DNA of 64,000 nt from an uncultured Sphingobacteriales bacterium (GCA_964561545.1 CAZLQF010000005.1:51928-115927), one strand, 5' to 3'; positions 48,218 to 58,618 are shown, numbered from the stretch's first letter. Translations and numbers: made by a program. The notes: generated by a model from the sequence alone, not told the origin.

Positions 48218-49237
48218 CTACTCAAACTTATCTTCAAGGATCCTGATCTCAATGCCAGGGGAAATGTTTTCGTGAATTATTCGGTAAGCAGCCGCTACAA
48301 TAGGCGCATTGACGTTGTTTTCCTCAACAAGTTCATGAGCAGGTTGTACGGCATAATACCCTTCTGGTACCATGTTCATCTCCATTAAGGCTGCTTTTTT
48401 GGAATACCCTTTCCCGAGCATGTTTCCAAAAGTCCGGTTGCGGCTAAACTGGGAGTATGCTGTAACCAATAGGTCTCCCATGTAAACAGAATCCATGATG
48501 TTCCTTGAGGAGTTGGTAAAAGCATCCAACATTTGGGCTAGTTCCTTAAGTGCGTTGGTAATCAATACAGCCTGGAAATTATCACCATAGCCCATGCTAT
48601 TGGATATGCCGCTTATAATGGCATAGATGTTTTTAAATACGGATGTGTATTCAATGCCTTTTATATCTTCTGAGGTTTTAAAATTCAGGTAGTCAGTTTT
48701 AAAAACGTGGCGCAATTGATCGGAATTCTCTTTTGAATGGCTTCCAATAGTCAGGTAAGTCATTCTTCCATAAGCCACTTCCTCCGCATGGGAAGGGCCG
48801 CTGAGGACAACAAGATTTTCATAAGGTACGCCAAAGTGTGAATTTAAGTAATCGGTCACCAATTGATGGCCTGATGGAATGATCCCTTTGATAGTGGATA
48901 CAACCAATTTATTCTTAAGGTCTTTTTTGTTCAACCCTCTTAAAGCATTTTCAAGGAAATAGGAGGGAACGGCTAATAAAACAATATCAGCATCCTGGAC
49001 CGCTTCTTTTATTTGATTGGTTAGGGTAACTTTGGATAGATCAATGGCAAGCGATGCCATGTACTTGGGGTTGCGCTGATGCTCCTGTATAGATTCCAAA
49101 TCCTCGTTTTGCCGGATCCACCATTTTACCTGATAGCCATTGTGCTCCAATATTTTGAGCAAGGCGGTAGCCCAACTTCCACTACCAATTATACTAAAGA
49201 CCGGAGGTTGGTTTGCTGTTTTTTTTGATTGTGACAT
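48218..49237 (-). CDS. gpsA: NAD(P)H-dependent glycerol-3-phosphate dehydrogenase
   Basis: GSGSWATA, SGPSHAEEV, KNIYAI, GDLLVTAYSQFSRNRTFG, EGYY. Overlaps the upstream gene by 44 bp if this ATG is used. Confidence 0.95.
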   Translation of the reverse strand: MSQSKKTANQPPVFSIIGSGSWATALLKILEHNGYQVKWWIRQNEDLESIQEHQRNPKYMASLAIDLSKVTLTNQIKEAVQDADIVLLAVPSYFLENALRGLNKKDLKNKLVVSTIKGIIPSGHQLVTDYLNSHFGVPYENLVVLSGPSHAEEVAYGRMTYLTIGSHSKENSDQLRHVFKTDYLNFKTSEDIKGIEYTSVFKNIYAIISGISNSMGYGDNFQAVLITNALKELAQMLDAFTNSSRNIMDSVYMGDLLVTAYSQFSRNRTFGNMLGKGYSKKAALMEMNMVPEGYYAVQPAHELVEENNVNAPIVAAAYRIIHENISPGIEIRILEDKFE

Positions 49238-50531
49238 TCATACTGTCTTTTAAAACTTTGCTTACCACATTATAAGGACCACTGATGACCTGTTCTCCTG
49301 GCTTAACACCTTTTTTGATCTGGATGTAGTAATCGTCTTGTATGCCAGTTGCAACCTCTTTACGGATGGCAATTCCACCTTGATATAAAAATACAACTTC
49401 TTTAGGATCATCATCATAAAATTGTTGATCCCGCTTTCTTTCCGGCTTTCGAGTAGTTACGGATAGAATAGGGACGCTTTTTACGGCTTTTTTGGTTTCT
49501 GTCATAACTTCCACAATAGCAGACATACCAGGTCTAAAGGGTGTTGAAATTGCTTGGCTTGTATCAATCAAATGATCGTAGGAGGATTTACGGATCCTGA
49601 TCTTAACGGGAAAGTTGGTCACTTGATCTGCCGAAGAGCCCATTGATTCTGATGATTCTGAACGGGCTGAATTGGCTATTTCGGTTACTATACCTTTGAA
49701 TTTTTCATTAATAAAGGCATCCACATCAATGGAAGCGGTATCATTTTTGGTTATCCGCGTGATATCATTCTCATTAACATCCACCTCCACCTCCATAACA
49801 CTTAAATCAGCAATTCGCATGATCTCGGTTCCTTCCATTTGCATGGTGCCTACCACGCGTTCACCTTTTTCTACATTGAGTAAGGAAACCGTGCCATTGG
49901 CTGGAGCGTATATAGAAGTTTTATCAAGGTTGTCCTGAGCTTCGCTTAAATTGGCTTTGGCGCTTTCTACGTTAAATCGGGCGCCTTTGATGGATTGCTT
50001 CGTGGACTTAACCCTGGCTTTTTGGGTTTTATATTCCGATTTAATCTGCTCAAATTCCGATTCAGATATGGCATCTTTTTCAAAAAGCCTTTTGTTCCTT
50101 TCAAACCGTTGCTTAAGCCTTTTATAACGCGCTCTTACTTCAGTTAATTGGGCTTTTGTATTGGCCAGGTTGGCTTTGGCTTGATTTAGGGAAGCTTCAG
50201 CCCGATCAACCGCTGCCTTGTAAGCATCGGGTTTGATCTTTACCAGTAAATCGCCTTTCTTTACTTTGTCTCCTTCTTTAACCGGAAGTTTGACGATTTC
50301 ACCCGATACGTCTGCAGACAATTTTATCTCTTTAGATGGCTTAAGCTTCCCACTTGCCGAAACTTTTTCAGTAATCGTGCGCTTTTTTATCTCTTCCGTT
50401 TCTACTTTGGTTTTGTCTTCTTTACCTATGATCCCTGTAAACCAAGCCGTTACAAACAAAACAATAATTAGGGATAAACTGATAAGAATCCTGCGGTTGC
50501 GTTTTTGCTTAGGGTTTTTTGATTTTGCCAT
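49194..50531 (-). CDS. Efflux periplasmic adaptor (MacA/HlyD-like)
   Basis: KVSASGK, ADVSGEI, long coiled coil, IYAPANG, VDVNENDI, FRPGMSA, VISGPY. Confidence 0.92.
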   Translation of the reverse strand: MAKSKNPKQKRNRRILISLSLIIVLFVTAWFTGIIGKEDKTKVETEEIKKRTITEKVSASGKLKPSKEIKLSADVSGEIVKLPVKEGDKVKKGDLLVKIKPDAYKAAVDRAEASLNQAKANLANTKAQLTEVRARYKRLKQRFERNKRLFEKDAISESEFEQIKSEYKTQKARVKSTKQSIKGARFNVESAKANLSEAQDNLDKTSIYAPANGTVSLLNVEKGERVVGTMQMEGTEIMRIADLSVMEVEVDVNENDITRITKNDTASIDVDAFINEKFKGIVTEIANSARSESSESMGSSADQVTNFPVKIRIRKSSYDHLIDTSQAISTPFRPGMSAIVEVMTETKKAVKSVPILSVTTRKPERKRDQQFYDDDPKEVVFLYQGGIAIRKEVATGIQDDYYIQIKKGVKPGEQVISGPYNVVSKVLKDSMNVTIKKNSKPTSGL

Positions 50532-50606
50532 GGGTGTTTAAAGGTTTAAAAATAATAGCTGATAATCCCGAAGTTCTAATTAATGCCAAATACTTAATAC
50601 TGAGTA

Positions 50607-52055
50607 CTACTCTTCTTTAAGTTCTTCCAAGTTTAAATCGTTACCAAGGTAAAATTCATACAATTTTTTTTGCAATAAGTAATTGTATTTGGCATTGATG
50701 AAATCATTATTTGCGTTACTCATGGAATTTTTGCTGCTTTTCCAATCGTAATAACTGATCTGCCCCTCATTGAATCGAAGGTCATTTTGTTCAAACAAAG
50801 CTTTTTGAGCTTGATATTGCTCCATTGATGCCTTGTAATTGCTATAAGCATTGTTGGCTTCAGCATAGGCTTGATGGATGTTGTTTTTAATCTGATTCTT
50901 GGCTTTCTTTAGTTGGATTTGTGCAATGCTGGATTGAACTTTGGCCGTTTGAATGCCATGTTCGATACTGTAATTGGTGAAAATTGGAATATTTAAACTC
51001 AAATTAATGATTTGGCCAAAGTTGTTCTCTATTTGTTTTCCAAATGCCATGGTTTTAAGTTCAGGCGTTGTATTTGGTGCGATAACTGGCGTACCGTCCG
51101 CAGTGGCAGCGATGGTATCAAGCGATCTTGATGAAACACCAGTTACCTCTTTGGTTCTGGAGGAATAACCTGAGTTTAGGTTGGCACTTAAATTCAGGGA
51201 AGGGCTTCGCCCGCTTTTAGCTGCTTTCATGGAATAGTTCGCTTGTTCAAGATTCGCCTTGGCTTGCTTCACTTCGGGTAGTCTTTCGTAATTATTTCTG
51301 ACCACCCTTGGTAAATTCTGCTCTTTTGCTTGCTGAAGGGTATCTGGTACCTCAATGTTTTGAATGCGCAACTCGTTTTCCCGCTCCCAATTTATATATT
51401 GCTTAAGTTTGAGCCTGGCAAGCTGAAGATCGTTTCTGGCTTGGATTACTTGGGATTCTTCAGTGGATAATTGGGCTTTTAGTTCAAGAAGTTCGGTCTT
51501 GTTTACTTTCCCCGATTCTACCAAAATTTTGGTTTGCTCAAACATTGAAGCGGTATTCTCTTTTTGGGAAATTGCAGCATCCAATTTTTCCCGGTTCATG
51601 AGAATTTGCATGTAATACTGCGTTACTTGCAGGCTGATGTCATCTTCTACTTTTTCTTGGTTGTGTTGGCTGGCCTTCAAGGCCTGTCGCTTGCTTTTGA
51701 TCTGGTTCTGGGTTTCAAATCCATTGAACAGGTTCCAGTTGGTATTCAACGATACGGACATGGAACGCAGGTTTTGCTGGACAAATTCATTGCTGTAAGG
51801 ATCTACCGTGCGCCCATAGTTGAGCCCTGGAGCAATGTTAGCATCCAAAGATGGCAATTGGTTAAAGCGTTGCTTTTTCAGGTCCAGGGCTTTTTGTTGT
51901 TTTTCCAACTTTGTTTGTTGGTAATCAAGGTTATGATTGAGTGCGTGTTTAATGCATTCCTGCAAGTCCATTGCTTCTTGCGCATTCGCGATGAAAGGGC
52001 TTGCCAGGAACAATAATCCACAAGTTACGCTGTAAAAAATCCTTTTAATCTGCAT
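50607..52055 (-). CDS. TolC-family outer membrane channel
   Basis: Signal peptide ending ANA-Q; CIKHAL.HN, two P.L repeats, WNLFNG, IPIF, AKYNY. ATG at 52055. Confidence 0.92.
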   Translation of the reverse strand: MQIKRIFYSVTCGLLFLASPFIANAQEAMDLQECIKHALNHNLDYQQTKLEKQQKALDLKKQRFNQLPSLDANIAPGLNYGRTVDPYSNEFVQQNLRSMSVSLNTNWNLFNGFETQNQIKSKRQALKASQHNQEKVEDDISLQVTQYYMQILMNREKLDAAISQKENTASMFEQTKILVESGKVNKTELLELKAQLSTEESQVIQARNDLQLARLKLKQYINWERENELRIQNIEVPDTLQQAKEQNLPRVVRNNYERLPEVKQAKANLEQANYSMKAAKSGRSPSLNLSANLNSGYSSRTKEVTGVSSRSLDTIAATADGTPVIAPNTTPELKTMAFGKQIENNFGQIINLSLNIPIFTNYSIEHGIQTAKVQSSIAQIQLKKAKNQIKNNIHQAYAEANNAYSNYKASMEQYQAQKALFEQNDLRFNEGQISYYDWKSSKNSMSNANNDFINAKYNYLLQKKLYEFYLGNDLNLEELKEE

Positions 52056-52065
52056 TGGTTTGTAA

Positions 52066-53577
52066 TTAAGATGAGCCGGAAATGCCGTACAAATCTTCAT
52101 ATTTTTGATAAGCATAATTCTTAAAATGATCAAAATTTAAGGGCTCTCCAGTGACTTTTTTACAAAGGTCATGAGAAGAATATAAATTTCCTTGATGATG
52201 GATGTTTTCCCGTAACCAACTCAATAGTGGTTGAAATTCCTTGTTGGTTATTTGGTTATTAAGATCGGGTACATCTTTGGAGGCTTGGTTAAAAAATTGA
52301 GCGGCATAAAAACTACCAATGGAATAGGTAGGAAAATAACCGATGGCGCCATGGGACCAATGAACATCCTGCAATGCGCCTTCTCGATCTGAAGGTACAT
52401 CTATATCAAGGTACTGCTTGTATTTTTCATTCCACATTTCTCTCACATCTTGTGGTTTTATTTTTTGCTCCACCAAAGCTTTTTCAATTTCAAACCGTAT
52501 GATTATGTGAAAATGGTAGGTTATTTCGTCCGAAGCAGTTCGGATCAGACTTGGCTCAACTGCATTGATGCCTTTGTAAAATTGTTCTTCCGATACATTT
52601 CCCAATTGCTCGGGAAAAAATTGCTGCATTGTAGGTAAATAGGCTTTAACAAAGGGCAGGGACTTACCCAGGTTGTTCTCATATAGCCTTGATTGGGATT
52701 CATGGATACCGAGGCCAATGGTTGTACCTGATGGCAGTCCGTAATCTTCCACAGACAATCCTTGTTCGTAAAGGCCATGACCGGCTTCATGAATGGTACT
52801 CCAAATGGATTCTGCAAGGTCATTTGATTTTAATCTTGTGGTAATGCGAACATCCTCGGGGCCAAAACTAATGGTAAAAGGATGTTCACTAAAGTCAAGC
52901 CTGCCAGCTTTTAGGTCATAGCCAAGGTCATAAATGATCTGCTTATTAAGCTGCGTTTGCTGTTCTGGGTCAAAGTGTTGAAAAAGAAAATCGTTATTGG
53001 GTTTAGGATTTTCCTGTATTTTGTCATATAGGGGCTTAAGGGCTTTTTTAGCTTCCTCAAATGTTTGTTCAACTTCCTTGATGGTAAGCTCTGGCTCAAA
53101 GTCATCCATGAGCGCATCATAAGGATGATCTTGATACCCATAAAGCTGAGCTTTTTCAAGGTTGAGATCCACGATCTTGTTAAGCATCGGGGCAAATTGG
53201 GAGAAATCATTGGCTTCCTTTGCTTTCAGCCAGCTTTGATGGGCTTCTGCTGTGGTGGTACTTAAACGGTAAACAAAATCTGAGCTTAGTTTCCGGGTCT
53301 TATCAAGGTCCTTTTGGGTTTGTGCTAAGTTCCTTTTTTGTTTGAAGTTTAAATCATTGTTTGAAGCCAATTGATCAACCAATTTTAAAAACTCCGGATC
53401 GGTTGCATGTTCATGATGAAGGGTAGAAATGGTCCCAAGCTGCTGGGCACGGAATTGATTGCCTTTTTCAGGCATGTTTACTTCCTGATCCCATCGAGCA
53501 ATAGCGACCAAATTACCAAGATCGGCCAATTTGCGCATCCTTTCTTGATATTCCTGATATTGATCTTTTGCGGACAT
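52066..53577 (-). CDS. M32 carboxypeptidase (Taq-like)
   Basis: HPF, HEAGH (HExxH), HESQS, IRTASD, LQDVHW, GYFPTY. Confidence 0.96.
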   Translation of the reverse strand: MSAKDQYQEYQERMRKLADLGNLVAIARWDQEVNMPEKGNQFRAQQLGTISTLHHEHATDPEFLKLVDQLASNNDLNFKQKRNLAQTQKDLDKTRKLSSDFVYRLSTTTAEAHQSWLKAKEANDFSQFAPMLNKIVDLNLEKAQLYGYQDHPYDALMDDFEPELTIKEVEQTFEEAKKALKPLYDKIQENPKPNNDFLFQHFDPEQQTQLNKQIIYDLGYDLKAGRLDFSEHPFTISFGPEDVRITTRLKSNDLAESIWSTIHEAGHGLYEQGLSVEDYGLPSGTTIGLGIHESQSRLYENNLGKSLPFVKAYLPTMQQFFPEQLGNVSEEQFYKGINAVEPSLIRTASDEITYHFHIIIRFEIEKALVEQKIKPQDVREMWNEKYKQYLDIDVPSDREGALQDVHWSHGAIGYFPTYSIGSFYAAQFFNQASKDVPDLNNQITNKEFQPLLSWLRENIHHQGNLYSSHDLCKKVTGEPLNFDHFKNYAYQKYEDLYGISGSS

Positions 53578-53597
53578 GGGGTATTGTTTTTGGCTGA

Positions 53598-53605
53598 CAA
53601 AGATA
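53598..53605 (-). promoter_or_regulatory. Bacteroidota -7 element for the M32/TolC/MFP/gpsA run
   Basis: CAAAGATA reads TATCTTTG on the minus strand, 20 nt upstream of the ATG. Confidence 0.6.
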
Positions 53606-53807
53606 AAAGAAAAGGCGGGAAGGATTTTTTAGATTTTAGATAGTTCTAATGCTTAACATTAACCGTTGTTAATAGGATTTAAGATTGCATTTGTGGGATT
53701 TTTCCATTTGCGTTCTCGGAAAAAATTTAAATTCTTATACCTTGGCGCCAGGTTATGGACCTAAAAGTTTAGATTGCAATTATTGGTAACTACTTAATTG
53801 ATCATTC

Positions 53808-54569
53808 ATGTTCTTCATCCTTTCCAAGACAGTTTCTTTTCTGATCTATCCATTTAACCTTTTTATAATAGGGTTGGTTGTTGTTTTGATTTTTTACAGG
53901 AAGAAATGGAGTAAAAAGCTTTTGTTAGCGCTGTTTATTTTTATTTACTTCTTCAGTATTCCATTTACGGCAGATTTATTCATGAATTGGCTGGAGCAAG
54001 ACAAAAAGCCTTTGGCTAAACTTAACGATCATTACGATGCAGTGGTAGTTTTAACAGGTACCGCCAATCTTGAATTGAGCGATTCAAGCTATACAGAATT
54101 TAATGATGGCGTGGACCGTATACTGGCTGGTATCAGGATGCTTAAGCTCAATAAAGCCAATCAAATGATCTTGTCAGGAGGGAGTGCAAATATCATTGAC
54201 ACTGAAAAGCGTGAGGCCAACTACCTTGCAAAATTTTCTAAGAAAAATGGAATTGATCAGGACCGGATTAAAATTGAACCTCAATCAAGGAATACTTATG
54301 AAAATGCTAAATATAGTACCCAGATTATTCGAAAAAATGACTTTGATGATGTGTTGCTAATCACCTCAGCTTTTCATATTAAAAGGGCCAAAGGATGTTT
54401 CCACCGCCAGGGAATCAAACCCGATATTTACCCTGTAGATTTTAGGGCTGGTCCTGAAATTGAATGGCAAAATTTCTGGAAACCCTCCATTAACAGCCTT
54501 TCAACCAATCACCAAGTTATCCGGGAAACGGTTGGTATTATGGCTTACATGATAATGGGATACATGTAG
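53808..54569 (+). CDS. YdcF/ElyC (DUF218) family protein
   Basis: FFILSK, VVLTG, LSGG, SRNTYENA, LITSAFHIKRA, PVDFR. Confidence 0.9.
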   Translation: MFFILSKTVSFLIYPFNLFIIGLVVVLIFYRKKWSKKLLLALFIFIYFFSIPFTADLFMNWLEQDKKPLAKLNDHYDAVVVLTGTANLELSDSSYTEFNDGVDRILAGIRMLKLNKANQMILSGGSANIIDTEKREANYLAKFSKKNGIDQDRIKIEPQSRNTYENAKYSTQIIRKNDFDDVLLITSAFHIKRAKGCFHRQGIKPDIYPVDFRAGPEIEWQNFWKPSINSLSTNHQVIRETVGIMAYMIMGYM

Positions 54570-54618
54570 ATTGATAATTCAGTATAGAGCTAAGGTTGTT
54601 AAGCGCTTATTTTGGCTT

Positions 54619-54649
54619 TTTGCAGCACTCCATGAAAAAAGTACCTTTG
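54619..54649 (+). promoter_or_regulatory. Full Bacteroidota sigma70 promoter (-33 TTTG, 19-nt spacer, -7 TACCTTTG)
   Basis: TTTG at 54619-54622 and TACCTTTG at 54642-54649, 16 nt upstream of ATG 54666. Confidence 0.8.
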
Positions 54650-54665
54650 CAGAAAACAAAATTAC

Positions 54666-55442
54666 ATGGGTTTAAACCTAACCAAGTCATTAGTTTATTT
54701 TGATATTGAGGCAACAGGCTTAAGTATTTCTAAAGACCGCATTATTGAAATAGCATTTTTAAAAATTCACCCTGATCAAAGTGAAGAAAGAAAAACTTGG
54801 CGTGTTAACCCGCAGATACCTATTCCGGACCATACCTACCAAATTCATGGCATCAGTGATGATGATGTAAAGGATAGCCCGCTATTTAAGGACGTAGCCA
54901 AAGAAATCGTTTCTTTCATTGGCAATGCAGATTTGGCTGGGTTTAACGTGCTTAAGTTTGATCTTCCTATGTTAGTGGAAGAATTATTGAGGGTAGATGA
55001 AGACCTGGACCTAAGCAAACGAAAAGTTATTGACGTTCAGCGCATTTACCATAAGATGGAACAACGCAACTTGAGAGCAGCTTATAAGTTTTATTGCAAT
55101 AAAAATTTAGGCAATGCCCACTCAGCCGATGCTGATACGCAGGCCACCCACGAAGTGCTTGAAGCCCAAGTAGAAAAGTACGAGGAGCTGAAAAACGACA
55201 TGAACTTCTTAACGAATTTTATTGGGGATCCTGCTAACAAGTCTGTGGACCTTGCAGGCCGATTGGTTTACAATGACCAAGGCGAAGAAGTTTTTAATTT
55301 TGGTAAGCACAAAGGAAAAAGTGTAGTGGAAACCCTCAAAAAAGATCCCGCTTATTACTCATGGATGATGAATGGGGATTTTCCGCAGTACACCAAAAAG
55401 AAGCTAACAGAAATTCGGCTGCGCATGAAACAGGAAGAATAA
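54666..55442 (+). CDS. DEDDh 3'-5' exonuclease (DnaQ/epsilon-like)
   Basis: FDIEATG, GFNVLKFD, AHSADAD; C-terminal FNFGKHKG...YYSWM. Confidence 0.92.
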   Translation: MGLNLTKSLVYFDIEATGLSISKDRIIEIAFLKIHPDQSEERKTWRVNPQIPIPDHTYQIHGISDDDVKDSPLFKDVAKEIVSFIGNADLAGFNVLKFDLPMLVEELLRVDEDLDLSKRKVIDVQRIYHKMEQRNLRAAYKFYCNKNLGNAHSADADTQATHEVLEAQVEKYEELKNDMNFLTNFIGDPANKSVDLAGRLVYNDQGEEVFNFGKHKGKSVVETLKKDPAYYSWMMNGDFPQYTKKKLTEIRLRMKQEE

Positions 55443-55524
55443 TGTGTGAAAGTTGGAAAGTAATAGGATGTAATAAATAGTAATTAGTAGCTTAGAGCTA
55501 AAAAACGGAACCTAAAATCAAAAG

Positions 55525-56847
55525 ATGACGCCTAATCAACATAAAGTCGCATTTCATACGCTTGGCTGCAAATTGAATTTTTCTGAGACTTCGAGCATTG
55601 CCCGAAGCTTTTCTAACAATGGTTATGAAGTGGTCAATTTTGAAGAATCGGCTGATGTTTATGTGATCAATACATGCTCTGTTACAGATCATGCGGATCG
55701 GAAGTGTAAAAAAGTGGTCCGCGATGCATTGAAGCGCAATGAAGAAGCAAAAGTGGCCATTATTGGATGTTATGCTCAACTCAAGCCTCAGGAAATAGCA
55801 GAAATTCCCGGTGTTGACGTAGTTCTGGGAGCCCAGGAGAAATTTAATTTGGTAGAGCACATCGATCGATTAAGTGAAACCGATGAAACGCTCATTCTGA
55901 ACTCACCCATCAAGGATGTTAAACACTTTGAAAATGCCTATTCGCTTGGTGATCGTACCAGGTCTTTCCTAAAAGTGCAGGATGGTTGTAATTATTTCTG
56001 TGCCTTTTGTACCATTCCTTTAGCACGGGGCAGGAGCCGGAGTGATTACATAGAAAACATTGTCCAATCCGCTTATGAAATTGCAGAGAATGGCGTCAAG
56101 GAAATCGTTTTAACAGGTGTTAACATTGGAGATTTTAAAAATCAAAGAGGCGAGACCTTTTTAGACCTCATTAAGGAACTTGACAAGGTACCTGGCATCG
56201 AGCGGTTTCGTATTTCTTCTATTGAGCCCAACTTACTCAATGATGACATTATCAATTTTGTAAGTACCTCCGAAAAATTTGTCCCCCATTTTCATATTCC
56301 TTTACAATCGGGCTCTGATAAATTGTTAGAATTGATGCGAAGACGCTACAGGCGTAATTTGTATGCCGATAGAGTAGCCGCTATCAAAGCCCAAATGCCC
56401 GATTGCTGCATTGGTGTGGATGTGATTGTGGGCTTTCCGGGAGAAACGGAAGAAGATTTTCTTGAAACTTATCACTTCCTTAAAGACCTGGATATATCTT
56501 ACCTGCACGTGTTTACTTATTCTGAAAGGCCCAACACGCCCGCTGCCAAGATGAGTGACCATTTGCCTGATAAAGTTCGGACCGAGCGCAGGAAAATGTT
56601 GCAAAGCCTTTCTCATAAAAAACGAAGGGCATTTAATGAACAATTTACCGGGCAAATAGGAGAGGTACTATTGGAAGATGCCGATCGTAATGGATGGATG
56701 CAGGGTTATACGCGCAGTTACCTAAAAGTCAAAATGCCTTATGATAAATCTTTAACCAATACCCTTCAACCAATTTATCTAAAGGAATTGCAAGAGGATG
56801 GGAGTTTTAAAGTTGAACTGTTCAAACAAGAATGTTTAAATGCTTAG
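55525..56847 (+). CDS. mtaB: tRNA t6A37 methylthiotransferase MtaB
   Basis: HTLGCKLNFSET, NTCSVT, radical SAM CNYFCAFC, HFHIPLQSG, HVFTYSER. Confidence 0.94.
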   Translation: MTPNQHKVAFHTLGCKLNFSETSSIARSFSNNGYEVVNFEESADVYVINTCSVTDHADRKCKKVVRDALKRNEEAKVAIIGCYAQLKPQEIAEIPGVDVVLGAQEKFNLVEHIDRLSETDETLILNSPIKDVKHFENAYSLGDRTRSFLKVQDGCNYFCAFCTIPLARGRSRSDYIENIVQSAYEIAENGVKEIVLTGVNIGDFKNQRGETFLDLIKELDKVPGIERFRISSIEPNLLNDDIINFVSTSEKFVPHFHIPLQSGSDKLLELMRRRYRRNLYADRVAAIKAQMPDCCIGVDVIVGFPGETEEDFLETYHFLKDLDISYLHVFTYSERPNTPAAKMSDHLPDKVRTERRKMLQSLSHKKRRAFNEQFTGQIGEVLLEDADRNGWMQGYTRSYLKVKMPYDKSLTNTLQPIYLKELQEDGSFKVELFKQECLNA

Positions 56848-56940
56848 TACCACTTGGTCATGTGGTTATGTTCGTAGTAATCAATTTGTGGATTTAGAAA
56901 ATTTCCGTATTTACAATGATAGCGCCACTTAGAAAACTGA

Positions 56941-56990
56941 GCAAGGCGAATTCTATATTAGGGTCACTTATTCCTTGCATTGCTTTTTTT
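56941..56990 (+). terminator. Possible intrinsic terminator between mtaB and ccmB
   Basis: GCAAGG/CCTTGC stem with a long loop, followed by a T7 tract. Confidence 0.3.
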
Positions 56991-57010
56991 AACAGCATAA
57001 ACTTCCTTCT

Positions 57011-57682
57011 TTGACACCTGCACCATCCAAAAGCGCAGCATTTACTGAACTGCTTAAAAAAGAATTGCTACTCGAGTGGCGTCAAAAATATGCCCTCAAC
57101 GGCATCTTGCTTTATGTGATATCCACAGTTTTTATTGTATATATGGCTTTTGACACCATCAGCGTATCTAATTGGATCTCCCTTTTTTGGATCATAACCT
57201 TGTTTGCCTCTGTCAATGCAGTAGCCAAAAGTTTTATGCAGGAGTCTAAAAACAGGATGCTTTATTATTACACCATCGTCAGCCCGAGCTTAATGATATT
57301 GGCTAAAATGGTCTACAATTTTCTCCTGTTGATAGGATTGTGTTTGCTAACCTACCTTGTTTTTTCGCTTTTATTGACCAATCCGGTTAAAAACCTGGCT
57401 TTTTGGTTGTTGATTTTGGTTGTTGGTAGCATGGGGTTTGCTTTTACGTTTACGATGATCTCCGCCATAGCAGCTAAAGCCAGGAATAATGCAACCTTAA
57501 TGTCCATCCTTAGCTTTCCCATTATTTTACCCCAATTGGCTTTGCTTATAAGGATATCTGTTAATGGAGTAGCTGGTGGAAAGTTGACAGCCAGCAGTGG
57601 TGATTTTCTGGCATTGCTTGCCATAGATGTTATCGTTTTGGTTGTTTCTTTATTGCTGTTTCCTTATCTTTGGCGCGAATAA
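57011..57682 (+). CDS. ccmB: Heme exporter/cytochrome c maturation protein CcmB
   Basis: KELLLEWR, six TM helices, LMSILSFPIILP, LLFPYLWRE. TTG start is approximate. Confidence 0.9.
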   Translation: MTPAPSKSAAFTELLKKELLLEWRQKYALNGILLYVISTVFIVYMAFDTISVSNWISLFWIITLFASVNAVAKSFMQESKNRMLYYYTIVSPSLMILAKMVYNFLLLIGLCLLTYLVFSLLLTNPVKNLAFWLLILVVGSMGFAFTFTMISAIAAKARNNATLMSILSFPIILPQLALLIRISVNGVAGGKLTASSGDFLALLAIDVIVLVVSLLLFPYLWRE

Positions 57683-57693
57683 ATGAGGGGTTC

Positions 57694-58371
57694 ATGGCTT
57701 TTAAAAAGCATTGGTGGAAAGCGCTTGCTGTACTTTTAATTTTATACACCCTTATTGTAGGGTTTTTAGGAACAGTCCCTCGTTTAGAAATCCTTAATGA
57801 GAGCATCCGTAACTTTTACTTCCATGTGCCCATGTGGTTCGGCATGATCATTCTTTTTGCTACTGCTGTCATTTACAGCTTAAAATACCTCAACTATCAG
57901 AATGAATTGGATGATTGGAAGGCCGTTGAGTTTGTCAATGCAGGCCTTTTGTTTGGCATTTTAGGCATGGTAACAGGCTCCATCTGGGCCAAATTTACAT
58001 GGGGAGAATGGTGGAGCAATGATCCTAAGCAAAGTGGCTCAGCCATAGCTCTACTCATTTACTTTGCCTACTTGATATTACGCAATTCAATCACTGAGCA
58101 GCACTTAAGAGGCAAAGTCTCAGCAGTATTTAACATTTTTGCCTTTGCTGCACTCATCCCACTGATTTTCATCCTTCCCAGAATGACTGATTCCCTGCAT
58201 CCAGGTAGTGGAGGGAATCCAGGTTTCAATTCTTATGACCTGAATTTTAACATGCGCTTGGTGTTTTACCCGGCTGTGATAGGATGGACGTTAATGGGGG
58301 TTTGGTTAGCAAGGCTTAGACACCGGGTTCGAAAAGTAGAGGAAGAAATGCTTGAAGATCAAATGGATTAA
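57694..58371 (+). CDS. ccmC: Cytochrome c maturation heme-handling protein CcmC
   Basis: YFHVP, WWD motif WAKFTWGEWWSNDPK, SLHP. ATG at 57694. Confidence 0.93.
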   Translation: MAFKKHWWKALAVLLILYTLIVGFLGTVPRLEILNESIRNFYFHVPMWFGMIILFATAVIYSLKYLNYQNELDDWKAVEFVNAGLLFGILGMVTGSIWAKFTWGEWWSNDPKQSGSAIALLIYFAYLILRNSITEQHLRGKVSAVFNIFAFAALIPLIFILPRMTDSLHPGSGGNPGFNSYDLNFNMRLVFYPAVIGWTLMGVWLARLRHRVRKVEEEMLEDQMD

Positions 58372-58390
58372 ATGACGAAAATCATAATCA

Positions 58391-58612
58391 ATGATTAAAA
58401 AACTTTTTAGCATTGCAGTCTGTTTAATAATTGGTTTTGTGGCAAGAGCGCAGGAAGTAGATATGGCTGATGCAATGCGTTCTTCTGGCAAGATTTATGT
58501 AGTGGTGGCTTGCGTGGTTGTTTTATTTATTGGAATTTTAATTTACTTGATACGTTTAGAGCGTAAGGTGAGCAAAATAGAAGGTTATCAAAAAGAAAAC
58601 CATAAGGGATAA
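58391..58612 (+). CDS. ccmD: CcmD-family small membrane protein
   Basis: Position between ccmC and ccmE; MRSSGKIYVVV TM followed by basic RLERK; preceded by an apparent signal peptide ending ARA-Q. Confidence 0.8.
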   Translation: MIKKLFSIAVCLIIGFVARAQEVDMADAMRSSGKIYVVVACVVVLFIGILIYLIRLERKVSKIEGYQKENHKG

Positions 58613-58618
58613 TTAGTC

